Shown here piece after piece: positions 13,740 to 28,650 of a DNA stretch of 64,000 nt. How positions within the stretch are numbered: position 1 is the first letter of the stretch; each line of letters begins with the position of its first letter. Under the pieces are notes generated by a model. The model did not search any database and was not told where the DNA came from. It was given only the letters and a program-made list of their open reading frames with translations. Both the position numbers and the translations under genes were made by a program. The stretch lies in the NCBI RefSeq assembly GCF_009914755.1, contig NC_060930.1, one strand, 5' to 3'. The stretch comes from the human T2T-CHM13v2.0 reference genome, Homo sapiens.

Positions 13740-16309
13740 TGAGACTCGCCCGCAGGGTACACTGAAGCACCTGTTGACGTTTTAACAGCCAGCGTCTTCA
13801 GGATCTTTGATTTTCACAATTTACTTCTTCCTCAAACTTTTTGGGAAAGTTTAAAAAACCAATTAGAATTTAACCCAGAATTTTTTTCACTGAATTTTTA
13901 GTATAGAGACTTATACAAGTACTGGTGAAGGATTTGCAATACAAATGAAAACCACATTACGTTGTTCCTTATTGACTAAAACCATATTTTCTTCAAATGT
14001 AAGCATTAATGAATGTTTTTATGACTTACTGGCTTAATATGCAATCAGTTCAGTCCTTACATATTTGTTGTTTGATAGTTTTTGAGATTATAAAATATGA
14101 TTCTTAAAAACAACTTAAAATGAGGAAGGATCTTAACACTGCCTTTATTCAAAAGAGGGCAAATTAAAAATAGTGTATACTCCATAAGATGAACTGTGTT
14201 TGAGGTAGAAGACATAGAAAAAATCGGTTAAGATATCTATACTAACTTAAATAGAAGTTCAACTATTTTTATAGCATCTATCATATATGATTTATAATAA
14301 TAAAATATTACAAATTGGATTTTGTGGAAAATCTTTTAAAACCAAGAATTTATCAGTAGGATTTCCACATAGAGTGAACATTTTGTAATATCTATCTAAA
14401 AGAAAGACGGCTCTAAAGTAAAAGCATTATATTAAACTTTCCTACATAGTGGGAAGAAATAGGAGCATAAATTTCCTCACAAATTCCAAGTAAAAAACAA
14501 ACTAATAAAAAGGACTATATATTTACTGATTAGTTACATAACCTAATTTTGTGTAAAGTATGATCTAAGGAGCCTTAGAAAAATACAAGATAAAGAACTA
14601 GTAAATTTTATTTTTATTATTTATTTAAATATTAAATTACAATTTACATATAGTAGTTTTTTTGTGATTATATGCTTGAACCCTTTCAAATATTTGAAAT
14701 ATAAGCCAAATATTCATCTAAAGTTGGAGTTTAACTATTGAAGTTGATGTCGTGGTTACTAGTTAAGAATATACTAGAGCAGTTAAGTAATTGAGTTAAA
14801 TATCTGGGATATTTAGGATACAACTATTTGCAGCAGGATAACTGGGGCAAAAGTGTTTTGATTTCAGATATATTATTGAGCTGTTTCGAATGATTACTCC
14901 ATTTTTTCCATTTAAATTGAGTGTGTGGAAATATATGTTTCTTTTATGAATAAATGTATACATAAATATATATAAGTTAAGATCAAAGAAAAAACTTGTA
15001 CCCCAAATGAACATCATACTTATGTCTAGGATGATTTAATATTTTGAAGACAAAGACAATGCCGACTACAACAGTATCAAAATAGCAAGATGAAATGTGA
15101 ACATTGTGTACATGTAATTAAAATATAATTTTTAAATAGATAAACTAGAACTGAAAATCAAAGTGAAAAAGCTGGCTGATTAATTCCAGTTTTCACTATC
15201 AACTAGTATGTCAACTGATTTTATGTACATATATTGATTTCATATTTTGAAACACTAGATCTTAGTTTTTGGTCTTTTTTTGTTCTTCATTAAAAAAATG
15301 AGTGATATTTTACCTGTTCAGGGAATACTTTCTTTAGCCTTTATCTTGTACACATTAGGATATTTTAAATCAAATCTTTGAAGGGTTTCATCTAATTTTA
15401 ATCTGCAGACTCTATATTGCATCGTTTCTGCATTATAATAAATATTATCTTACTATACATAAAATTGGTATAAGTAAATTTTAGTCAAAATCACCTACTG
15501 AACTGTTAGGAAAACTGGGATTGGAATCTAAAAGTTTAATTTCTACATTGCTGTTTAGAAAGTTGTAACACAAATATGTATTTATTACATTTATATAAGT
15601 TATGCTTAGTTACAAATTAAATGGAATTACTTCAAATTTTCAAAGGTTATATAGTTATTTTTATAATATAAAGTTGAAGGTATATATGTTATGTTTGGAG
15701 ATATCTATAGAGAATTACATTATCTTTTAAGTGTATAGGATGTTTTAGATAATTATAGTACTGATGACAGTAGTAAAAAGTATAGGAATAGAAATATATC
15801 AGTGTCATTTCAGACTTAAGTAAAATGAGTTTATCCTCATGTGTTTTGCAAATAAATGCATCATTGTCCTTCCCTAATTATTCAGGGCTGAGAAATAGGT
15901 TTTGAATGAAAGTGAGAGAATGTAAGCATTTGCCAACCTGAAGCTTGACAGCCCTTTAGTACTAAGAATGTTTTAAAAAATACCCATCATCTTCAATTTC
16001 ACCATTCATATTTATATGTCACAGAGCAAATCATGATGAACCATGAGGTTTATATAGAAGACCTAATATTTGTGATGTGGACCAGGCATGGTTTTATGTT
16101 AGCCATGATATTTTAACTGTACTAGCAGATTTTTCACTGGGGTTTTGTACTTTTAACATTAATCCTTATAATTTGATTTTTAAAAAATATCCAGAATAAA
16201 CGAAGTCTACTTATGTCTACTCATTACCTCATTTATAGAGTCCATATTCAAAATGGGTAATAAGTCAATGAGAAAGTTGAAGGAAAAGGAAATAAAATAT
16301 TTGACCTAA

Positions 16310-16474
<165 letters not shown>

Positions 16475-18152
16475 TAGTGACTTATAACTAAAGTCATGTC
16501 AGGCAGATAGCATGAAAATGAATTCATCTGTGCAAGTTCTCTTAGAGAATATTGAGACATTTGTTTTGCAGGCATAAATTGTCTTAAGGACTCTGTTTGG
16601 AATTGCTATATGTTTATAACTTGATTTTGAATATTAGAACCCTAACTATTAGAAGATCTAATGTGAATTTAAAGCAAGCTTTGTTTAAGCAGTAGCATTT
16701 GCCTTCAAAGAGGGATGCATTAAAGTGTATAGTATGGCCTGTGGTAAGAAGCAAAATTAAGTGGAGGTGACAAGTCTCTTGCTAATGCAATTAGTGGTTA
16801 GTGGTTATCCATACTATTTACCTAGTCCAAATATATGAGTTTTTAATAGGTTTTAAAATGTATTAAAATTTCTCCTAATTCTCCATTTCACTCTATGTTT
16901 ACATTCCAAATCCCAAGATTTTATGATGGGATGGGTTAGAATTCTCTCATTTAAAAATATTTCTTTCTACCCAACCTGTGTGGTTAGGATGGGAATCTAT
17001 ATAACTGACATTATTATGCTTATATATATAGAGAGAGACATCACTTTGAGAATCAATATGAATGTCTTAAGAAAGCCTTGTTCTTTAAGATTCATGTCAT
17101 GCTGTGTTTGAGAACCTAGGATATCCCAGAAAAACTTTAGGAAGCTTGGGTCTCAAATATTGTATCTTACACAAATTGAAATCCAGATTCTAACCTGTAG
17201 AGGGACTCATTGTCCAGAAAATAATGAATACTACAGTCCAGCTTCTCATTTAAAAAATAATGTTATTTATTTCAAAAACCTATCTATTTACAGAGAGAGT
17301 GTGATATTATACATTGTAATCAGGTAACCTGGGTTCTAGCCTAGACTGGACTAATTTATTGTGAGACCTTCTGAAAAGCACTTAATCTCTTTAAAAATCT
17401 GTTTACTCATTCTATTAAATGAGGAGTTTGGATAAGACAACTTCTAATATCCATATTAACATTACCATTTTGTGAGTCTACCTTATGGGAATAATTCTTA
17501 ACTGTTTGGCAGTCATGAAGCACCTTGAAAACCTGGTAAAACTGTAGAGCCAGCCTCCAAGAAATTAATACATACATAGTTTGCCATGGAGCTCTTTAAA
17601 GTTCATGTATGGATCTTCAAAGATTGAGGTTAAAATTGTTTTATGTAGAAGACTTTTTAAAAAATGTTTAATCAGATCCTAATTTTAGCAAATTTAGAGA
17701 AAGGAACATACAAAACAAAAAATTTATAACATTATAATGGAGATACAGTAAGGCAGAGAAAGTTTTATATGTCCTTTGGGGTTGGGAATAGATTTTTAAT
17801 TGTGGGTAAATCTCTGTATGGAATTATATGAAGAGACCCAAATCTTCTCACTCCATACATAAATAAAGTAATAATTGCTTTGGTAGTACCATCAAGCAAA
17901 AGCAGATATTGGTATGATCTGCCTTAGAAATCAAGACAAGGTCAGTAGAGCACTTCAATCAAAAAAGTACCTCCCTGCCTCTGCTGATGTATTGCTTATC
18001 AATATGTGTAAGTTATTACTTTTTCCAGACTAAGTATTCACTCACAGTTCATTCAGAGTTCAACATTTACTTTCCCCAAGTAATTGGCTATGAGTGGCTT
18101 GCATTAGGACCATATACTTTCTAACGCCTAAAGTAATCATCTTTCTTTTTAG

Positions 18153-18214
18153 ACAATTCGCCAGAAGTTTCCCCTCCTAACAACAAGGCGGCTTGGAACA
18201 AGAGGCCATTCAAA
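18153..18214 (+). CDS. RFX6: RFX6 exon 4 (62 nt), DNA-binding domain
   Basis: tttttag|ACA; TIRQKFPLLTTRRLGTRGHS (RFX signature TRRLGTRG); AAA|GTAAGA. Confidence 0.97.
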
Positions 18215-19200
18215 GTAAGATACCAGTGAACATATTCAGGTTCTGCTCTTGTGCATGAAGATTGACACAGATGTAAAATAAGTATTGTCTTTGTCAGTAC
18301 AAAGAGAACCAGGTATTCTCTTGATGAAGCAGACTTTTATCAACTGTGAGAACTGAAAAAAAAAAAAAGATTTTAGAATAATGTTTAAAAAGCAAATTTT
18401 ACATTTGAAAATAATAATGTATTATTATTTCTGCTGAAATAATTTAAATGAGTCATTTTCATAATCTTAAAGCTGTTACTGAAGGCACCAGTGTTATGAG
18501 GAGGAATGCAACGCTCCCAAAGAGCAAGGCCCAAACCAGGGGGTAAAGAGCTTTGAGTAGGAAGGAAGTGCCTTAGCATGCTTCAGGTTCTTCCTCTAGT
18601 TTTCTTTCTGAGACAATAATTTCTTGATATCTCCTTCTCTTCTCTTTAAGACAAATGACATGCACAGATGACCTGTTTGGTCATCTCTTAAGGTAAATAT
18701 AAACATAAACTAAGCTGTCACACATTCCCCCTCTTTATGTCTTTAAATTTTCCTCTCTGTTGTGGCAGTCTCTGGAGAACTCCCAGGTACAGTTTCTCAT
18801 TCAACAGCTATTTTCTATGCGTACTGTGTTTTCAGTTTCTCCTTTCCTTCTGCCTATGAGCATGTCCAGATCTCCTTTATGCTGAGAAAGAAAAAAGTTC
18901 CAACCTTCATGATTGCTCTAGTATTTCCCCCTTTGAGCTGTTGCTTCCCTTACCACTGATCACATCCCTCTGACCTAGTCCATTTCCTACCTGGGCAAAA
19001 ATCCAATGGCTGGTTTTTACTGTTACTCATCTTCCTTGGCTCCTGCTTAGCATTTGAACCAACTGATAATGCCCTCTTAAAATAAATACAGAAAACTACC
19101 TCTATAGCTTCTCTGTCATAGTACTATCTAGGCCCTCTTCCCTCTTCTACCACTCCTTTTCTGGCTTGTCCACTGCCTCCTTCTGCCCTGACATCACATC

Positions 19201-19521
19201 CAGCACTGATCAATGAAAGTATAATGTGGCCACATATTTAATTCAAAAATTTCTGGAAGCCACGTTTAAAAAGTAAAAAGGAACAAGCGAAATTAATTTT
19301 AATGTTTTATGTAATCCAATTTATCCAAAACATTATTATCTCACTATGGAATCAATATAAAAATTATTAATCGGATATTTTACATTCTTCTTTTCATACT
19401 ACGTTTTTGAAATCTAGTGTGTATTTTACACTTACATCACATCTCAGTTTAGACTAGCCACATTTCCTGTGCTTACCCCCACATATGGCCAGTGGCTTTA
19501 TTGCTTTATTGGATAGCTCAG
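19201..19521. mobile_element. hAT-Charlie MITE (MER33-like) within an L2 remnant
   Basis: Recalled MER33 motifs (gtgtattttacacttaca...ctagccacattt...tattggatagc). Confidence 0.65.
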
Positions 19522-22500
19522 CTTTAGACACTTGCAAAAACATAGGTCCTACTTTTTGAATTCTTTTGAATATGACTCTCCTCATTGCTACTTTCATAGC
19601 CTGGCCTTGACTCTGTCTTTCTTGTCCATTCATGCAATTTTTCCAAACTGACCTTTTAAAGTTGAGATTCAATCATATCTCTTCCATGTTCAAAACCTCC
19701 ACTGGCTCATAATTTCTACTATTAACAACAAACTTTCCTCAACTTGACATTCAAGGTCCATCATGATTTAGTCCAAGTTCATTTTACTATGTCACCTATT
19801 TCTTACTTTCTAGCATGTAGTCTATGTGCTCACCAAATAATTATCCCAGTAACCTTTGATTCACTCCAACTGCCAGTCTTCTGTTTAAGTTTATGCTGTC
19901 TTCCCCTGGAGAATGCCTTTTCCCATATATGTATGTTGAAATTTTACCCATTTGAAAGAATGTCTCTTGAACTTCTTCCTTTAGATCTTTTTTTAGTCCA
20001 TTGATTTATTGTAGGCCCCTTCTCTGCACCCTGTGGCAGTTTGCTGGTACCTATCTTAATGTGAAATTAACTTATCTCCTCCTCTAAACAGATAATACAT
20101 ATTTTGAGGACAGAAACTTTGTCTCATTCACTTTTATATTCTTTCTGTTGGTCGATATATAATAGATTATCAATTAATACTTATTTAATTGATTGCAATT
20201 AATGTTAACATTATTGTGGCCTGGAAAGAATAAATAAAGTGCCAGATTCAAAAAGGCAAAATGGGTCCCTTCCTTCTAACCAAGTCAACTTTATTTCAAA
20301 GTTTGATCAGTTTAACTGACTGATTTCTACTGAATTTGATTCCTACTGAATTGTATTGGTTGAGGAAAGATCAGATAGTGTTTAAAGTAAATAGATAGGG
20401 GGAAAAGAGGCCGAGCAATGAAGAGAAACCCTCTTGACAGGATCTATAAGAGGGTGGGCTGGCAGGCTGCAGGGAAAGTCAATTAATCTTTGAAGGAGCC
20501 TTTAGGATTAGGGATGAATCATTAACCCTGTCCATTGTGTCACAGTGGGGCTCTAGTACTTAGGTTGATGTAACAACATGGGGTGACTTCGGGCAATTTA
20601 TTTGAATCCAAGAGCCATAGATGTGCCCAACAGCAAGGCATTAACAATTTGAATTTTTTTCTGCTGTGCTGATATGCCATTTGATATTTGTGACGTGACT
20701 TTTTTGATATGTTTATATCATAGAGAAAAATTAATTTTCCATATTTAAACTACATATGGTAAAAATATAGCAAAATGTAGTTTGTATATCTTGTAAATAG
20801 TAATTTTTTTGACATAATTATTCTTAGCTAGGTATGTTTCTGCCTTTATTTCCAAGAAATATCCTTAGCTTTTATCTTGGAAGATAGAATATCAAAAGGC
20901 AGTATAGCCTAATGGTTAGGGACATAGGCTTTAAAGTTGGACAACTTTAAACATGAATCTGATGTTTCCATGTATAGCTGTGTGACACCAGCTTTCCAGC
21001 TAGTGATTTATTGTAAGGTTATTCAGCTTTTCACCAGTAAAGTGGGTATACAATATCTTATAGGATTGTTGTGAGAGTTAAATGAGATAAAGTATAGGAA
21101 TGAATATAGTAGTGAATATGCTTTCAACCGCACTATCCTTAATAATAAAAAATTAATGACTCAATATAAAATATCTGCACTACAATTAGAAGTTATTTAC
21201 TGAGTATTACACACACACACAGATGCATGCACTCATCTCTAATCCTTGCAATAATGATAGAAGATAGGAATTACTGTATTACAAATGAGGAAATTGCATT
21301 TCAAAGGTTATTGGCTTGCCCAAGGCCACATAGATAATACATAATAACAATGCTGGCATTTGAATCAAAGTATATCTGACTCTAAAGTTTATGTTTTATC
21401 TGCTAGTAAAAGTAGGGAAGCCTACTACTTTTTTTCCAATATCAATCGTATCAACAAATAATTATTCAATTGAATGTTTGATTTTTGACATATAAGTTTT
21501 ATTAAGTTTTTTTTTAACAGATCTAACAGTTCTTAAACTTTATTAACATATTAGATTCTTCTTCAGAGAACAAACAACACTTTACCATGCCACAATTGTA
21601 AGGCATTTAATTTAGAGGTATTTGTGTTTTATATTAACAGCAAATTTGTAGCACAATTTTATTTTCTGCCTTTTAATTTTAGTCCTAAACATGTCTCTGT
21701 TATATATTATCTTTGCAAACATTTCTAATGGCTATTATTTCATAAACTTACATTTTATAAAAATATTTTTATGTTTCTATGGAAATATGAACAACTGAAT
21801 GAAAGACAGAAATATAAAGTAAGTATACCTTAGAAAATCAGGGAATCATAATTTCTCCCAATTTTACTAGTAATTTTGCAAAACATTTTATTGTTATTGT
21901 AGTGTTTAATACAGTACTTTTAGCATAGTATTACTAAATATTTGTTGAATTATTTAAAAAATATAAATAAATGTGATATTTATTTTAACTTCCTTGGATT
22001 GCATACTAATACATACAAACATTGTGAAACTGTTCTGATGATGATTACTTAAAAAATGAGTTCTCAGTTTGGCCAAATTATTATAGGATAGCTAGAGTAT
22101 GTCCAGTCATCTCACTGGGGACTATCAGAATTTATTTTAGATTATGATTGACTCAAAAGGTTCTCCTGTACTCTGGGCATGAGATAGCACCCTCTTTTTA
22201 AAAATTGTTCTTAGATGTCTTTGAGGTTCATGAAGCAATGTCACTCTCTAAATTTTACTGGTCCCTATATAAAACCCAAAGTTTGGAAAACACTAATCTA
22301 TGTGACAAAGAGATGATTAGTAGGGCCTAAAAATCATGAATGAATGTGGTGTCTATTTTCAAGTTCTATTTTCCTAAGTTTTGAAATAACTGGCTGTTAA
22401 TTACAGTAATGTCTTCACAGCTCTCACATTTGTGCATGTGCTACTTCTTTCCCTCACTGAAAAGTGAAAGATGAAAAAGTTTGACTGTATAAAATGAGCC

Positions 22501-22568
22501 CAAAATTTATTCAATTAAATGGAAGAGATAAAATATTTAAAACAGATATATTAAAACAAAAAAAAATA

Positions 22569-22931
<363 letters not shown>

Positions 22932-24671
22932 TCATCCACTGTCAAAATTAGGAACAATTAAAAATGGAGTAATTTGTTTTCAGTGGCAAGTTCAACATTC
23001 CACATCAAAGGCCACTGCTGCTGATGGTTATGGAAAAAAAAAATCTCTAAAGATGAACATGAGGGGTCAGGAAGCGTCACTCTAGGGCACCTAACAAGTG
23101 TGCTTTGGGGACAAAGCCAGTCAATTTGCAGGTCCATTAGCAGCTCAGCTCTCTATCCAGTTCCTTCACGCTTACCATCCCCTGCCAGCCAAGAAAACCA
23201 GCAACCCCAGCGGCAGACACTGTACATTCCCAATACCAAGATAAAAATTGACTTTACTTTCATGTTTCTTCTTTTCTTCCCTTTAGTTTTACTACCAATT
23301 CCAAAAGTATACACCTGGTTTTATTATCTGTGATATTTTTTAATTGAGGTTTTGAATAAATAAAAAATGAAACAAAGTTCTATAAGGATAATAATGAAGA
23401 ATCATTCTTGCATATTTTATGGTTATGAATACATTGAGAATAATCAGTCCATTCCTACTGACATGGATGTACAAAGCGTGATGCTAAAGAGTTTTTGAGA
23501 TGCAAAGAATTGTAAAACAGGGTACCTGCTGGCAAAGAACTTTCGCTATTCATCTTAATTATTTAATAAGCATTTTACTGAGGGTCCCGTTGCTAACTAG
23601 GCCCTCGGGTACAATGATAAGCAAAAACCTTGTATCCCACCCTTGCTCAGAATGGCTTGGCTAAGTAAAGGAGAACATAATTGAGCCCACAAATAGATTT
23701 TACACACATGGTAGACTGTTTGATTTTAAGTTACATTTTAATTTTTTGTAGACTTTGATCAGCCAAATCTTGGTTTTCAGACATGATGGACAAAAGCTAT
23801 TATCTTATTTATTAGTAGTGATTTAGTGGGTTAATAAAACTGATACGGCAGCTGCTCTTATCATAGCAAGTTATTGCAAGTCCCTGAACAGCTTAATCCC
23901 ATCATTTCCTTATCAGTTATCATTTGTGTAGTGTAAACTAACATCAGGGCTACTAGCTCAGTGGGAACATATGTTTCAGGAATTCTATATAAAGACTGAA
24001 ATGGAAAAGAAGAAATATAGATGCAAGTACAAATTGTTCAGCAAATGAAGAAAAGTATTAGGCACAAAGTAAATATTTTAGTAGTAAAAAAAGAACAGCA
24101 ATAATTTCATTTGTCATATTAAAAGTCTGTTATATTTTATAACATGTTCACATTAAAATGTGGTTACAAGCATTAATTATTCTTTTTTCATAAATTTTAA
24201 ATCAGATCTGTCATTTGACATAAGATTGAGGAAAGTTGCTAATAAATGAACACAATTTTCTTAGATAATCATAGAAGCTGCTTTCATGACACATTTTCTT
24301 GAAGAGATTAGCTAATCATCCCCAGGATTTTCAAGCATTTATCATATATCTTCTTTAATAGAAATGGATAATAATCATATAGGGAGAAGGAACTGTGAAA
24401 TGTTTGGGAATCTTTATTCAGAGTAACCTACAGGATAAGCATCAGGTAGTGTTATATAAATTTAAACAACTATTTCTTCCACAGTGAGACAAACATCACT
24501 TTTTATTTAACATACACCAGCATATCTTCTTGTTATATTACAGTATGCATGGTAAATACTCCCTAGCAAGATTTATTTTAGGGTCATCTATTAACCACAA
24601 AATAATGCTATAAAATATTGCAAGTGAGATGAAAAATTTATGTACACTTTGCATGAACTCTCTCTCCCCAG

Positions 24672-24680
24672 TTTTATGAG
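24672..24680. promoter_or_regulatory. HOX13-type motif TTTTATGAG in intron 4 (probable rs339331 / HOXB13 enhancer site, T allele)
   Basis: CCCCAGTTTTATGAGGTTTATC matches the posterior-HOX consensus TTTTAYGAG and my recollection of the rs339331 flank; nearby FOX-like GTAAATA (24552) and TGTTTAC (24949). Confidence 0.7.
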
Positions 24681-27600
24681 GTTTATCTTTAGTGACTAGG
24701 AGGACAGAAAGCTGCTCATTTATTATCTCTTCTCTGTTCTCAGAGACTCTAAATCACTCAGATGACAACATGTACCTAGTTAGACTAAAAGGAAGATTAA
24801 AGGGGAAAGGTTATTTTGTTGGCTCCAGAAGAAACTGGGTATGAAATGTGCTAAAGCATTACAGTGGTCATTGCAAAATACTGAGGTTTGTATTGCTAGC
24901 AACAGTCTTTCCACCAAAGTACACCAATTTCATGCCCTTTATATATATTGTTTACGTATGCAACTTTTGTTCAATCTCAGTGTTTTACTGATGACCTGGA
25001 AATGCAATGTCAGAAGGTGGTTATTGAAAACTATCAGCTTTAAGAAAATTTGTTTTATTGTTTTCTAAATTCCTAGAAGAACACATTGATTTAACCAGTA
25101 AATGTATGAGGATTTTTCTTCGTACTAATTTTTAATGAGGAATACAGTGAAGGGAAAGATAAAATTCTCATCCTCGAAATCTTAGGGTTTAGTATGGGAG
25201 GTAAGCCATGTATACAAATGCCAATGATGCAAGGACAGAGCTGTATAGGGTAAATGACCAAGGGAGGAGTTCAGGGAGTTCAGGAGTTTTGCCTGAGATA
25301 TCAGGCAAAGCTTCATGTGTTAAAATATGCCTTAAACTATGATTAAGAAATGAGGACCTGATGGAAGAAGGGTATTCCCAATGGAGAGTTCAAAAAACCA
25401 AAGGTACCACCGTGGCTATGGCAAGCTATTTATGAAGAGCAAGTCATCCTGATAGTAATAGTCAAGTTTCTACAGTACCTGTGATAGGGTTAAAGGAGTT
25501 AGTAGACTTCCTTACATCATGTTAGATAAGAGATTCTTTAATTTCTACCAAATTTTAAATTGTGGTGATATGTTTAAGTATATGATATTATATGAAATCT
25601 CTTAATTGGCAAATGTTTTTATGGTTTTGTGACACATTGTTATTTTTAATTTTTCAAGTTATTCATTCATTTATCTAATAAATGTTTATTAATTTCCTAT
25701 TACAGGGAGCTTACATTCTGCGAGTTTATATATGAAATGTCAAATATGAAACATCCAGATCAGTGGTGTGGGTCTTAATAATTCATGTTAGTTATCTATG
25801 CTTACATTACTCCTGCCAAACAAGAATAAAGAGTGTGTGTGTGTGAATGCAGACATATTTGAACTGTATTTCACTAGAACTTTCTAATTGTAAATAAAAT
25901 TGCAATACAAAAGAGAGATATCTTTTGCATCTTGAGTGTGGAGGCAATATGGTTTGTGGAATCATGGGTTTAAATTTTGCCTTCAAACCCATAACATTTT
26001 TAAACAAATCACATAATTTTTGAATGTCTGTTTTGGAATGGGGATAATGCTCTACTTGCCGGCTGCTGTGAAAATTTGAGATCATGTACACATACAATTC
26101 TTTGCATGTAATAGATGCTCAAAAATGGTAATTATTTCTATCATGACTCACTATCACCTGCTTCAATGGTAGCAAATATTAATTTGGTATTACAATTCTC
26201 TGTTTGCATTATTTGTTCCCTCACAAGACTGTTAACTCCTCCAGAGACTCTCCTCTACCTCTCTTTCAATCCTCAGCACATGGCACACAGTGAGCACTGA
26301 ATACATGTAGGAAAAAAAAGAGTGTACTCTTTCACTGGTTCTCTATCTCCTGGCATGTATATAAGATTGTATGATAGAATATGCTCAGCTACATCAACAT
26401 ATCTAAAATCTAAGGCATTGCTAATAAGAAAAGGACATGCAATTTCTCTCTTGTAGAGCTGAGTGTAGCTGACCAAGTCATTTTCTTCAGGTGTCAGTTT
26501 GTGTATGGGTTTATAGTGTTATTTACATTTGACTTATACATAAAATACATACATTAATTAAAAAGCACGGTTTTTTGAGTATATATAAAATAGTTACTTT
26601 TGTATTTTGGATGTAGGTAGAGGCATTAAATATTTCTATTTGTAAAGATATTCTGTCCTAATGACTGGGGACAGGAATAAGGGGGCCAAATAATATAATC
26701 ATTTATAACAATAAGAAACAAATAAATTGCATAATAAAACATTCTATCCTTAAAAGTCGTAAGAAAAAAGTTACACATCTGTATTAGTTAGGATTTATTT
26801 AGTCTTAAAATGTAGCAATTTTTTTAAAATGTGAATATCAAATGGTTTTAAAAACTGCAAGTAAAATGTACCTCAGTGCTGGTCAGTGTAGTCACTTTTC
26901 CATGACAGCAGGCATCAGAAGGCCATAGACTATGGAGGAATTTGGAAATATGGATATTCCTGATCAGATTTTCAATGTCTGTTTTGTTCATCATTGTACT
27001 GACAACTAGCACAGTGGTCAGGGCACAGTATCTGCTCTAATATTTTTTGAACTAATGGCCATCCCTTTGACTTGTCTTGTGATTTTTGTGTACCACCTGT
27101 GAAGACAGTGTAGTTTGTTCTCAATCTGCATGGCAAACCATTTTACCACGCTGAAAAGAGGATTAGAGTTGAGAAACAAGAAAATTGAAGTTATAATAAA
27201 AGAAGTTTATCAATTTTTAAGCCAACGTTTAACATGTATTTCTTTAGCAAGTGGCTAAAATGTAGTATTTAAACTATAAAGCTTATAGAACAAACAGCAA
27301 GCTTTGCAAAAAGAACATGAAATTACAACATCTTTCCATTCTAATGGATCTCTGTTTTCAAACATTATTTGATTTATTTCTTCTAATATGTAAACATTTC
27401 TTTTGGTATCTTAGTTCTAAAATCTAACAAATGAAATATTAGTAATTATTTCAGACTCTGGCTTATTAACTAATTCTACTAATATATGTGACTATCATCT
27501 AAATCTGCTAATGTTTTCACAGTTTTAAATATTTCTCTTACCTATATCTATTAATATAGCTCCTTTGGTAAAGTCTTTATGACTTAAGTAAGCTTCTTTC

Positions 27601-27994
27601 TTTTCGTTTCTAATTAGAGACATACTCAGTTTAGTATTTTGAAGTTTCCATTAAGTTTTCCATTTCCTTCATTTCTCCCTTTGTTCCATTATACCTTAGA
27701 GGTTCTTTTTTTAATCTACCATAGGATTTCTTTTTCTGTACTGTAAAAATGAGCAGTTATGATGGTCCTTTTTTCAGGTTAACAGACTATAATTGTACAT
27801 TTACCAAAATTGAGGACTTGAAAACATCTTCCCAGTCTTCCAGAATCATAAAATATCTTCATTTACCTTGACCACCATATATTATTGTTTCCCAAATATG
27901 ACAACTCTTTCTGAAAACATTAGTTATAATATTTGTTGCTGCTGTTGTTGTTTTGATGTTTAAAAATCCTTTTTCCTTCATCTCAAATGACCTT

Positions 27995-28650
27995 GAATCA
28001 GTAGAGGCAAGTTTGCTGCCACAGTCCTGCCCTTAGCACCTGAGAAGAGAGAAGCCATTTCTGGGCCTCCCACTTTGGGGGGCTCATTCTGGCTGTCATC
28101 CAGCTGCTGTCCTCCCATGAGGCAGGGAGTCCATAGCCTGAGTGAATGTGTCCATCCAAAAACCACATCCCACTTCTGGGTCCCTGGGGCCCTGGAATTC
28201 CCTGTTCAACTCCCCAGGCCCACTTCTTGGGCCTGTATTGGGCATGTCCCAAGTCCATCCTCAGAAGGCCACATTGCTTCACTAGTGTTCATAACCCTAG
28301 ACTGAGGTGTGGTCAGGGGGTAGCTGTTAGTAGGTGATGCAGATGCAGCTGGATCTTGGATGTGCAGTCCAGTTCCCTCACAGTGAACAAAGGAGCCAGA
28401 GCTGAAAAATGGGGTGAAAGTGGGTCTTTCCCCACCACCATGTTCCCATATGGAACTCCAGGAGTCTAAGAATGCTAAATTCATATTTACCTACTAGACC
28501 ATTATGGAGGTAACTTGTCAATGTAAGAGGACAGGAATATTTTTGTTAGCTGTTCATTAGCTCGATTTATAGTTTTCAAATAGCTATTCATATGGTATGT
28601 AGGCTTCCATTTGTACTCCTGTCCTGGATCCTGAAAATGCTTAGGAGTGG
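27995..28650. mobile_element. Old hAT-Tip100 DNA transposon remnant (MER115/Zaphod-like)
   Basis: GC-richer island; 3' end (catatggtatgtaggcttccatttgtactcctg) resembles the recalled MER115/Zaphod terminus. Confidence 0.5.
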
